DNA of 47,759 bases, from positions 1 to 47,759 of the forward strand of contig CAMOEK010000001.1 of NCBI GenBank assembly GCA_946612125.1, read 5' to 3'. Every line of letters begins with the position of its first letter. Position 1 is the stretch's first letter. Under the pieces are notes generated by a model. It searched no databases. It saw nothing but the letters and a program-made list of their open reading frames with translations, and had not been told where the DNA came from. This DNA comes from an uncultured Lachnospiraceae bacterium (GTDB taxonomy: Bacteria > Bacillota > Clostridia > Lachnospirales > Lachnospiraceae). This document shows, piece after piece, positions 9,495 through 18,145 of the stretch. A program made the translations under genes and the position numbers.

Positions 9495-10826
9495 TCATCC
9501 GCGTATGTCCATTACATAGATCTTGAGATGTATCTTTCCGCCGGCGCGATTAGCCTCGAAGCCGCCAACGATACGGTCAACGACGGGCTGTATCTCCACA
9601 TCGCCCGAATAAGGAAGCGCCAGCAGCATCTGTCTGTTTGAATAGCGCGCGCAGACATCGCTTCGTCTCAGAGTACTGAAGAGCGTACGGTCAAGCGCTG
9701 CTATCGCCTTCTCCATCTCTTCTGCAGAAGGCAGATATCCCTCTTCGGGAAGCAGATTAAGGAGCAGAGCCTCCAGTTTGATCTCGCCACGCTCGGCCTG
9801 ACGGCAGAGATAATTGAATACATACTGGAAAGCGTAATAATCCAGAGCATAAGCGCCCTTTTCAACATCTGTTCTGCGCATCTTATCAACCAGTTCTTCA
9901 AGGCTCGCTATGCCACCCTTATCTGAAGTGCTCTGCGTGCTGAAGAAATGATAGGAGTTCTTACCATTCTGCTTAACATGATAAAGAGCTTTATCAGCCG
10001 CATTATAAAGCAGAGGAAGATTATCACCATCCTCGGGATTCATGGCTATACCTGCGGAAACAGAGGTATTGCCTTCGATCCTGAATGCAGCCAGTCTCTG
10101 ATGCATTTCCTGTATGATGCCCTTTGCCTTCCTGCCTATAGCTTCCTTATCCTTTACCTTGTCAACATAGATCAGGAAGCAGTCGCCGCCTATCCTGCAA
10201 AGCACATCTTCCGAATCAGTGAACATCTTGATGGTATCTGCCAGAGTTTTAATGACATTGTCACCGGCTGTCATACCGAAATTGTTATTTACAGCTTTAA
10301 GGTTATCAGCGCCAAAGAGTATCAGTGTTCCCTGGCTGCCTGCCTGTATCTTGCTGTCGATCAGTCCCCAGCCGGATTCCGCATTCATAACGCCGGTCAG
10401 CTGATCCAGCTGCCTGTAATCCGTTGTGCCAACCGATTCATTCACAAAATGTCCGGCCTTCTCCAGATTAAGGAATACCTGCTCCATTCTTATCTGCAGA
10501 TCACTGGGTACAAATGGCTTGATGATATAATCCAGCGCTCCTGCTTCCTTGCACTGGCGCTGTATCTCTTCACCGACTGCCGCAGTAAGGATGACCAAAG
10601 GAATATCCTGGGTTCTGGCATCGGAACGGATGCGTCTGACCAGCTCAAAACCATCCATAAACGGCATATTCACATCCAGAAGAAGAAGATCGGGCAAGGT
10701 GGTTTCGAGAAACTTAATGGCGTTCGGCCCTGTGCTGCAGGTTGAGAGTTTGTACAGATCCCCAAGCGCTATCTTGGCACAGTCGATGCTGGTTCTGTCA
10801 TCATCAATGATCAAAATATGCTTCAT
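9495..10826 (-). CDS. Response regulator with degenerate GGDEF domain and a second C-terminal GGDEF-like domain
   Basis: REC (ILIIDDD, LLDVNMP, KPF); DQLTG...GADNLKAVNNNFG...AGD...RIGGDCF...ADKALYHVKQNGKN; C-terminal LRRSDVCARY. Start at the second Met by RBS spacing. Confidence 0.88.
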   Translation of the reverse strand: MKHILIIDDDRTSIDCAKIALGDLYKLSTCSTGPNAIKFLETTLPDLLLLDVNMPFMDGFELVRRIRSDARTQDIPLVILTAAVGEEIQRQCKEAGALDYIIKPFVPSDLQIRMEQVFLNLEKAGHFVNESVGTTDYRQLDQLTGVMNAESGWGLIDSKIQAGSQGTLILFGADNLKAVNNNFGMTAGDNVIKTLADTIKMFTDSEDVLCRIGGDCFLIYVDKVKDKEAIGRKAKGIIQEMHQRLAAFRIEGNTSVSAGIAMNPEDGDNLPLLYNAADKALYHVKQNGKNSYHFFSTQSTSDKGGIASLEELVDKMRRTDVEKGAYALDYYAFQYVFNYLCRQAERGEIKLEALLLNLLPEEGYLPSAEEMEKAIAALDRTLFSTLRRSDVCARYSNRQMLLALPYSGDVEIQPVVDRIVGGFEANRAGGKIHLKIYVMDIRG

Positions 10827-10864
10827 ATACTCCATTCTCCTTCCGGATATAAAATTATAGAAAT

Positions 10865-10893
10865 ATTATATCTATTGAAAGTGCTTTTATCAA
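10865..10893 (-). promoter_or_regulatory. Putative sigma-A promoter
   Basis: TTGATA-17 bp-TATAAT upstream of the REC-GGDEF gene. Confidence 0.65.
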
Positions 10894-10980
10894 GTATCTT
10901 TCCCCCAAAAAAGCCCTGCTTGATTTAGCATTTCCGTTGATTAAACCGTAAAACGTTTTTAGATCCCGTGGTTTTTGGAT

Positions 10981-12039
10981 TCAGAATTTTTCTTCCATCT
11001 GAGCGTAGATCTGTTTGAGCCGCGAATCACTCAGATCCGTCTCATTCAGTATGGTATAACGGTCTGCGCGTGTAGCTGCCGCTCCCTGCCAGGCTTTGAT
11101 AAATATCTCCTCGCTTACTTTATTCAAAGAAGGCTTAATGGGTATGCCATATTGTTTTATTATCTTCTCAACTTTGGCTGTATCTCTGCCCTGGAATATG
11201 CAGGCCGGATACGAACCCATAGCCGTGGCTATACCGTGCGGAACATTAACGTGATCGGCAAAATCCTCTTCCAGCGCATGGCAGAAAAGATGCTCCGAGC
11301 CGCTGCTTGGTCTGGAATTGCCGGCTATCTCCATTGCCAGTCCTCCCATTACCAGAGCATTTGTAAGACGCCTGATAAAGTCTGTACTTTTAAGCTCCAT
11401 GTTATCGCAGTACAATACGGAATCAAATGCCATGCCGGATATCATATATGCAAAGTCATCCACGATATCTCCGTTTTTTTCACGCGCAAGCTTCCAGTCA
11501 TATAAAGCGGTATATTTAGACACCGTATCCCCTATACCGGCCAAAAGCTGACGATCAGGCGCGCTCTTTACAACATCCACATCTATTATTATTGCGTCGG
11601 GTATCGTACACTTAAAGCTCTTTCGCGCCCTTCCTTCCGTCCCCAAAACTGCCACCGGAGAAGCAAGCGAATCATTTGATAAGGTTGTCGGAAGCGATAT
11701 CAGCTGTGATCTGGAAACGAAAGCCGCAAACTTCGCCAGATCCAGAACCGTGCCTCCGCCAAAGCCGATGACCAGGCTGTAATCATTCATTGTTATATAT
11801 TTAGCCAGTGATACCGCGCTGTCATAATCAGCCTTTTGTATAAGATACAGTTCGCTGCGCGGAAAATCATGCATTATCTCATCCAGGATCCCCTGAAATA
11901 AGCCCTTAAGATTCTCTTCGGTCACTAAAATGGTCTTTGCATTCCTGATCCTGGGAAATATATCGCTCATCGCCCCCGGGATATCATTAAATACGCCTTC
12001 GTCAACTGCAAGATGATACGGAAGTCTGAATCTGTTCAT
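10981..12039 (-). CDS. Glycerol-1-phosphate dehydrogenase-like protein (DHQ synthase/Fe-ADH superfamily, EgsA-like)
   Basis: GGGTVLDLAK, PTTLSNDSLASP, GIGDTVSKYTALYDWKLA, GNSRPSSGSEHLFCHALE, HG metal ligands; AAGGAG RBS. Confidence 0.82.
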   Translation of the reverse strand: MNRFRLPYHLAVDEGVFNDIPGAMSDIFPRIRNAKTILVTEENLKGLFQGILDEIMHDFPRSELYLIQKADYDSAVSLAKYITMNDYSLVIGFGGGTVLDLAKFAAFVSRSQLISLPTTLSNDSLASPVAVLGTEGRARKSFKCTIPDAIIIDVDVVKSAPDRQLLAGIGDTVSKYTALYDWKLAREKNGDIVDDFAYMISGMAFDSVLYCDNMELKSTDFIRRLTNALVMGGLAMEIAGNSRPSSGSEHLFCHALEEDFADHVNVPHGIATAMGSYPACIFQGRDTAKVEKIIKQYGIPIKPSLNKVSEEIFIKAWQGAAATRADRYTILNETDLSDSRLKQIYAQMEEKF

Positions 12040-12063
12040 AATAGCTCCTTTTTGTGTTATAAT
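12035..12063 (+). promoter_or_regulatory. Extended -10 sigma-A promoter, likely giving a leaderless mRNA
   Basis: TTCATA-17 bp-TATAAT with TG at 12055-12056; the ATG lies 7 nt after the -10. Confidence 0.65.
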
Positions 12064-12069
12064 CCTGAT

Positions 12070-12342
12070 ATGGAGAAAAAAGCATTTAACAACGCATTGT
12101 CAAATATGAGTTTTGATATGGCCGCCAGAGGGGCTATCCGCCATTTGCATGATTCGGGGCTGTCCCCGAAAGAGATAGCTGAAAATCTATCTTATCCCTT
12201 AAGCATATCCCGCATCGAACAGGAGCTTCTCGAATATGAAAAGGAGAAAAACTCTCCCGATGCGGAATATGAATTTGTCAAAACCTTTGATTCTTACGGA
12301 CGCCCTTCCTTCAGAAAGGTACGCCGCAGCGATCACTCCTGA
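12070..12342 (+). CDS. Small conserved hypothetical protein, possible HTH
   Basis: Fills the gap between two minus-strand genes; GAIRHLHDSGLSPKEIAENLSYP is HTH-like. The upstream ATG at 12013 would overlap the neighbouring gene. Confidence 0.75.
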   Translation: MEKKAFNNALSNMSFDMAARGAIRHLHDSGLSPKEIAENLSYPLSISRIEQELLEYEKEKNSPDAEYEFVKTFDSYGRPSFRKVRRSDHS

Positions 12343-13262
12343 ATCAGCTGCTTCGCATACAAGGTAAATTCCTTATCCCATACGGCATAAGCATCATATG
12401 TCTCATGCACCAGTTTGTCACTGCAGAACGCAGGAGGCAGTGCGCTTCCGCCGTCCTTCAACGGCGTGTTGATATCCACGTATCCAAAGCCGTTATCTTC
12501 TGCCATCTCCTTTAATGTTTCGTTAAGAAGATCCACATTGGCATTGGTCAGATTATTCTTTGATGCACCCGGATAAAGCGGCGTCATGCTGACAAGGTTG
12601 ATCTCGATACCGGGATTTTCTTCCAGGATGCGCTGAGTAAGATCAAATATACCTTTAGCAGTGTTTTCAACACTCCAGCAGATCAGATCATTGGTCCCCA
12701 GCATAATAAACACACGGTCAACTTCCATGCTTGATACACTCTTCCATACAGGCTGCTTCACCCCCCGGAAAAGCGGATGAAGATTGCTGTTTTCCTTAAG
12801 GGCATGGAAAGTCGCGTAACTGTTGGAAGCGAGGAAAAAGGCTTCGGATGCCAGCGAATCATAATAATTCACATACATCTTGTAACCGGTCATCACCGAA
12901 TCGCCTATAAATACGGATCTTGAATAATAATCACGTATGTCGTTGTCGCTGACTACAGCCTTTTTAACTATTTTATTATTGGAAACCGCATTGCCAGATT
13001 CTTTCTTTTCCGCTGCTGCGATCTCACGTTCCCTGGTCGGGAAACGTCCTTCTTCCCTGCCGTAGGTTCTGTAGTGTTTATATAATAAAAATGTATCATG
13101 TGTATCCAGTACAGTCACTACATCCGGATACTTTTCTGCGTAATATTCACTGTCAAAGATCACTCCATCCGGCATTTCCTCCGGCTCAGAATATACAGGT
13201 ACCGCTACAGAAAGAATACCTATCATCATCGCTGCTGCGACGGGTCTTATAAATTTTTTCAT
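12333..13262 (-). CDS. Secreted SGNH/GDSL hydrolase with N-terminal FDxxYYxxxYPDV module
   Basis: Signal peptide; block I FIGDSV, block III MLGTND, block V DKLVH. Confidence 0.85.
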   Translation of the reverse strand: MKKFIRPVAAAMMIGILSVAVPVYSEPEEMPDGVIFDSEYYAEKYPDVVTVLDTHDTFLLYKHYRTYGREEGRFPTREREIAAAEKKESGNAVSNNKIVKKAVVSDNDIRDYYSRSVFIGDSVMTGYKMYVNYYDSLASEAFFLASNSYATFHALKENSNLHPLFRGVKQPVWKSVSSMEVDRVFIMLGTNDLICWSVENTAKGIFDLTQRILEENPGIEINLVSMTPLYPGASKNNLTNANVDLLNETLKEMAEDNGFGYVDINTPLKDGGSALPPAFCSDKLVHETYDAYAVWDKEFTLYAKQLIQE

Positions 13263-13379
13263 TTCTCCACCTTCGTTTCAATATCTTGGGGTCAATCCTC
13301 AAATATTTTACCAGATATTGGAGAAAAATGCATCAAAAATATTAAACAAATTGTAAATAAATTATGAATAAGCTAAAGC

Positions 13380-14315
13380 TCAGGCTCCTACAGGGATCTT
13401 TGCTTTAACTACCAGCTCATTCAGTATCCTGTCCGTATCCTCTTTCCTGATCTTCGCCTCGGGAGTGAGCGTAAGCCTGTGATGAAGCACATTAACAGCT
13501 ACGGCTTTTACATCATCCGGTTTCACAAAATCCCTGCCCCGGATATAGGCTTTTGCCTGGGATGCCCGTATCAGCGAAAGCATGGCTCTGGGGCTTGCTC
13601 CGGATACAAAGTTCTTTTCCTCGCGGCTCAGCTTTACTATATCTCTTATATAGCTGATGACTCCGTCGCTTAAATGCACTTCTTTCGTCTCCTTCATCAT
13701 CTGAAGGATGTCATCGGTACCGCACACGCTCTTTGCTTCCGTCACTGTCCTGCCTTCCAGGAAATTCTTTGCCAGCCTCAATTCTTCCGCCTCATCAGGA
13801 TAACCAATGGACAGTCTCATCATAAAACGATCCATCTGTGCCTCAGGCAATGGATAAGTGCCAAGAAATTCCACAGGGTTCTGTGTTGCGATCACCAGAA
13901 AAGGCTCCGGCAGCGGATAGGTTTTTCCATCCACGCTGACCTGTCCTTCAGCCATAGCCTCCAGGAGACTGGACTGTGTCCTGGGAGAAGTACGGTTTAT
14001 CTCATCCGCAAGTATGATCTGATGCATAACCGCGCCTTCCCTGTAACTGAATTCACCGGTCTTCATATTATAAACAGAGGCCCCTGTAACATCGCCCGGC
14101 AGAGTATCCGGTGTAAACTGTATGCGTCCGAAATCGCAGTCTATGGACTTTGCAAGTATCCTGGCAAGAGTTGTTTTGCCCACGCCCGGAACATCTTCCA
14201 TCAGGATATGCCCCCCTGCCAGCAGACAGATCAGCACATTTTCCGCCACGCTCTCCTTTCCCACAAAATAATCATGGAACTGAGTCTTTAAGCTGATGAT
14301 CTTTTCATTTGCCAT
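13380..14315 (-). CDS. MoxR-family AAA+ ATPase
   Basis: EDVPGVGKT, RIQFTPDTLPGD, LADEINR, ATQNPVE, GTYPLPEAQMDRF, GASPRA. Start at MANEK after AAGGAG. Confidence 0.95.
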   Translation of the reverse strand: MANEKIISLKTQFHDYFVGKESVAENVLICLLAGGHILMEDVPGVGKTTLARILAKSIDCDFGRIQFTPDTLPGDVTGASVYNMKTGEFSYREGAVMHQIILADEINRTSPRTQSSLLEAMAEGQVSVDGKTYPLPEPFLVIATQNPVEFLGTYPLPEAQMDRFMMRLSIGYPDEAEELRLAKNFLEGRTVTEAKSVCGTDDILQMMKETKEVHLSDGVISYIRDIVKLSREEKNFVSGASPRAMLSLIRASQAKAYIRGRDFVKPDDVKAVAVNVLHHRLTLTPEAKIRKEDTDRILNELVVKAKIPVGA

Positions 14316-14328
14316 TGCTCTGTCTCCT

Positions 14329-14604
14329 TTATTCTTCGTAAACCCAGTCCTCATCGAGGACTATCATCTCGAGATGGTCAAAATCTATACTTTCAATATA
14401 GTTATCCGCATTAAAGCGGCAGCGGGAAAACTTCTTGAAATCTTTGATATTCTTATCCAGCCAGATGGGGACCGAAAGATTAAATGCCTCCGAAGCCTGC
14501 TCCAGAGCATCAAAGACCCTTCTGGTACGGCTGCCTTCAAAAACTTCCACGGTCAGCTCCTCTTTGAGCCGCGCATCTTTCCATATCTTAAACCATAAAC
14601 GCAT
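14329..14604 (-). CDS. Small conserved hypothetical protein
   Basis: 91-aa ORF with AAGGG RBS and its own predicted promoter; resembles a clostridial hypothetical family (MRxWFK...PIWL...FIE), from recall only. Confidence 0.75.
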   Translation of the reverse strand: MRLWFKIWKDARLKEELTVEVFEGSRTRRVFDALEQASEAFNLSVPIWLDKNIKDFKKFSRCRFNADNYIESIDFDHLEMIVLDEDWVYEE

Positions 14605-14640
14605 AAATCTATTCCCTTTTAAACTTGATCAGTCGCCCCG

Positions 14641-14669
14641 ATGATAACATAAAACAACAGCAGCCGCAA
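14641..14669 (-). promoter_or_regulatory. Putative internal sigma-A promoter for the hypothetical gene and moxR
   Basis: TTGCGG-17 bp-TATCAT with TG extension. Confidence 0.5.
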
Positions 14670-14723
14670 GGCAGCGCCGGAGCGTCTGTAACATCCGCCG
14701 GCCATCATTAAATATAATGAGTC

Positions 14724-16982
14724 CTAGATCCTCATCCCTCCCAGTCTGACAAGGATGCACCTGAGTTTTCCCTTTCTCAGTTTTATCAAACGGAAAAGAC
14801 CGTCTGTATCTTTAGCGACACTGTCCAGATCCTCCTGCGATGTCTTATACCTGCTATAAAGCAGACGCTCATATCTTTCTATAAAGCCCAGACACGTCCC
14901 CGCAAAAAGCTCCTCATCTTTTTTTTCAGCCCCATCATCGGTTTCATAAAGTCCTGTACAGACCCTGATCCCAAATTCCTGCAGCGTTTCGCCCTGCTCG
15001 GTTTTAAATCCCAGTATCCGCAGCAGCCGCAGACAATATCTGCAGTTTACCTTCAGTTTTTCTTCAACGCTCATCTTTTCATATCTGCTTTTTTGTACCA
15101 GACGATCGAGCAGTATGAACACCAATAAAAACAGTATCATCAATGCAAGAGGGATCAGTATCCTGCGCAGATCAAAATCCGCTATTGCCTCTTCATCTTC
15201 CTGAGCAATGATAACTGTTTCTTCACCATCTTTGTCTTCATCAAAATGAGATCTGTCTTCAAATGCTGTCGTGCTTTCACGGTTCATAAAATTCCACTGC
15301 GTGTCAAAAGCCATATAAGGAGTAGGTTCAAAAGGTATCCAGCCTACATTTTTAATATAAACTTCCGGCCATGCATGGGACATCGACGACATTACCCTTA
15401 TGGGCTGTGAAGCAGTAGCCGGCACCCTGAACCCCTGCACATAGCGCGCCGGGATCCCCATTGATCGGGCCATGATCACAAAAGCCGTAGCATAATATGT
15501 GCAATAACCCTTCCGGGTTTCAAAAAGCAGTCTGTCCAGGAATTCTTCTTCGCTGTCGATCTCCGCAGGAAGGTCTCCCGGCTTTAACGTATATTCAAAA
15601 CCCCTGAGAGCTTCTTCTATGCATTTTAACTTTTCCATATCACTGTCTGCATCCGCAAACAGTTCTTCCATATATTCCTCCGCAGCCGGGGAAATATGCG
15701 TTTCGGGAAGATAATACTCATACATCCGGTCAACATAAGCCAGGTAATCCTCATAGGTCATCGCTTCAATATTCTCATTCGGATAAATATGAAGAGTACT
15801 GTCCCACGCTTCCCTGTCCATAGGCTCTGCTTCATCAGCATAAGACCAGAACCCCTCATTCTGATCATTTGTCCTTATATATGTTAAAAGATACTTTGTT
15901 CCGAAGCCAAGATTCTTTGCGGCCTTCAGATCCGCTCCACACTGGGTATATACTTCCTTTTCATTTTCGGCTTTTAACCTGAGCAGCTTGGAAGGCGCAA
16001 AAAAATATGCCGTATTAAAATCACTGTATTCTATATATAATTGTACACGCTTATAATAATCCATATTATAATCCCGGTCATATAGCATGATGGAACCGAC
16101 CGTCTCCATTGAATCTATAAGCCTGTCTTCATTTACTTCTTCATATGTCTTTTTCCACTCACGCCCGTCAAAGGAATCCAGTATGATCCCCGACAGATAT
16201 ACGCCCGAACCTGTGCCTCTGTCCGTGCTTATCTGCATCAGTTCTTTTTCCTTATCAAAAACATCACCGAAATAACTGCCGCTGTCGTTGAAACCGATAA
16301 CAGCGCCATAATCTTCATCTTTGCCATGAAAAAACCTGGCAGCATATCTTACCCCTTCATAAATACGCTGCGCGACCTGCTTTACTATATGCCAGTCATA
16401 AGGTTTTTCGGAAACCGGTATCATAAATACCGCAGCAGCCAACAGTATTGCAAAAGGCGCTACAGATACCAGATGCCCTTTTGCATCCGTATAACCGCTC
16501 TTTTTCCAATACCTCTGTATCAGATCGATAATACAAAGAAGTATGATAAAAAAAGAAGGCGCTGTAAGCGTTTTTTCAAGCACGGTGCCTGAGATCATAA
16601 AATAGATCATGACAGCAGTCAGTACGGCCGAAGCCGCCAGTCTGATCTTAAATTCCGCAGAAATGATCATGCCCAGCAAAAAAGCCGCCGCTACGATTCC
16701 CAGACACCATAACGCCCAAAGATTCTCCTGTACGAATTCTGCCCTTTCTTCGGCATCCTTTAGCAGCATCATCCCCAATGAAAGCGCCAGGATAATACCG
16801 GGCGCCACAGCCTTGTACCGTCCTTTAAGATGCTTTATGAAAAAACCGCAGATCACAAGAACGGCCGCCATCAGATAATAGATGATGCTCTTTTCGGGCA
16901 TGCCTATATAGGGCGCTGCGCCAAACACCGCGATAATACACACAGGAACTATATAAATGATGTCATAAAGAAGGCTCATCAT
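14724..16982 (-). CDS. Membrane protein with transglutaminase-like domain (TgpA-like)
   Basis: About 6 N-terminal TM helices; catalytic motifs GYCTYYATA, GIPARYVQGF, HAWPEVY, WIPFEPTP; C-terminal TM helix. Confidence 0.92.
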   Translation of the reverse strand: MMSLLYDIIYIVPVCIIAVFGAAPYIGMPEKSIIYYLMAAVLVICGFFIKHLKGRYKAVAPGIILALSLGMMLLKDAEERAEFVQENLWALWCLGIVAAAFLLGMIISAEFKIRLAASAVLTAVMIYFMISGTVLEKTLTAPSFFIILLCIIDLIQRYWKKSGYTDAKGHLVSVAPFAILLAAAVFMIPVSEKPYDWHIVKQVAQRIYEGVRYAARFFHGKDEDYGAVIGFNDSGSYFGDVFDKEKELMQISTDRGTGSGVYLSGIILDSFDGREWKKTYEEVNEDRLIDSMETVGSIMLYDRDYNMDYYKRVQLYIEYSDFNTAYFFAPSKLLRLKAENEKEVYTQCGADLKAAKNLGFGTKYLLTYIRTNDQNEGFWSYADEAEPMDREAWDSTLHIYPNENIEAMTYEDYLAYVDRMYEYYLPETHISPAAEEYMEELFADADSDMEKLKCIEEALRGFEYTLKPGDLPAEIDSEEEFLDRLLFETRKGYCTYYATAFVIMARSMGIPARYVQGFRVPATASQPIRVMSSMSHAWPEVYIKNVGWIPFEPTPYMAFDTQWNFMNRESTTAFEDRSHFDEDKDGEETVIIAQEDEEAIADFDLRRILIPLALMILFLLVFILLDRLVQKSRYEKMSVEEKLKVNCRYCLRLLRILGFKTEQGETLQEFGIRVCTGLYETDDGAEKKDEELFAGTCLGFIERYERLLYSRYKTSQEDLDSVAKDTDGLFRLIKLRKGKLRCILVRLGGMRI

Positions 16983-18145
16983 ATGCCCGCCCCCTTCAGA
17001 TCATCTTCAGTTCCTATCCTGATGATCTTAACTCCGTTATTATCCTCTTCAGGTATGGAAGCGGCATCATCATTTACTATACATATCAGTGTAAATACAT
17101 TGTTCTCCCTGAGCATCCTTACAGTCTCTGCAGCAGCCGCGCTCCATTCATGCAATACCAGAAAAGCGCTGCGTCTTGTAAACATTCCTTTCTGTTCACA
17201 TGCGCCGATCAGCATTTTTTCCTCATCCGACTCTTTCGAAAAGGAAACTGAAGACATCTTTTCATAAAAGCCCTCAAAGCCGTCAACTCCCTCCGTGATC
17301 TCTTCATGCAAAGCACTATCCATGTAGTAAAGGGTATGCACATTTATGTTTTTTCTTACAAAGAAATAGGTCAGAGCTATGGTCAGTTCGAGCATCTTGT
17401 TCTCAAGCGGGAGGTACTCTGCCATTTCATCGCTTACCCTCCTGCTTCCCATCAGTATAGTCACTCCCTCGCGTTCCTGCGCTGTCATTTTTCTGACCAG
17501 CAGTTCACCGCTTCTTGCGCTCGCTTTCCAGTGGACCTGTCTCACATCATCTCCTGACTGATATTTCCTGACCAGTATATCGGGCTCTATGGGATTGACC
17601 ATACTGTTTTTGAACATAGTCTGAGAAAGGTCGAGACTCTTAATCTCCGAAAGATCTATAAGATCGGGACGCACATATACTCTCTGCGTTTCCTTGTTAT
17701 TATATCTTATCCTGAACAGACGAAGAAAATCCGTGATCTCCACATTTTTGATACCGACTTCATATTCGCCGCGGTATTTGCACACCAGCTGTGTATTCTT
17801 CTTTATCCCCTTCCCGGGAAGAAGCTCATACTCCATGTCATCGTCAAGACCGCTGATATCGGAAAAGCTGCTGAAAAAACGAACCTTAATGCTGCAAAAG
17901 CCAAAATGGTACTCATTCTTCAGAGTAAAATAAAAAGGCTCCATATGCCCCGCAACAAGACGCTTATTCCCTATCTGCTGATAAATATGAAAAAAGAAAT
18001 ATACAAATAAAAGATATATAAGCAAAACAAACGGCAGGAAGGTAAGCATATAAAAGATACCGTAACTTACCGCGCCGCCAAAAAAGCTTATCCCTGCCAG
18101 ACTTAAGATCCACAGGATAGCATAAATTATACGATTACGTTTCAT
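16979..18145 (-). CDS. DUF58 domain-containing protein
   Basis: N-terminal TM helices, YRGEYEVG, VRKYQSGDDVRQVHWKASARSGELLVR. Confidence 0.9.
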   Translation of the reverse strand: MKRNRIIYAILWILSLAGISFFGGAVSYGIFYMLTFLPFVLLIYLLFVYFFFHIYQQIGNKRLVAGHMEPFYFTLKNEYHFGFCSIKVRFFSSFSDISGLDDDMEYELLPGKGIKKNTQLVCKYRGEYEVGIKNVEITDFLRLFRIRYNNKETQRVYVRPDLIDLSEIKSLDLSQTMFKNSMVNPIEPDILVRKYQSGDDVRQVHWKASARSGELLVRKMTAQEREGVTILMGSRRVSDEMAEYLPLENKMLELTIALTYFFVRKNINVHTLYYMDSALHEEITEGVDGFEGFYEKMSSVSFSKESDEEKMLIGACEQKGMFTRRSAFLVLHEWSAAAAETVRMLRENNVFTLICIVNDDAASIPEEDNNGVKIIRIGTEDDLKGAGI

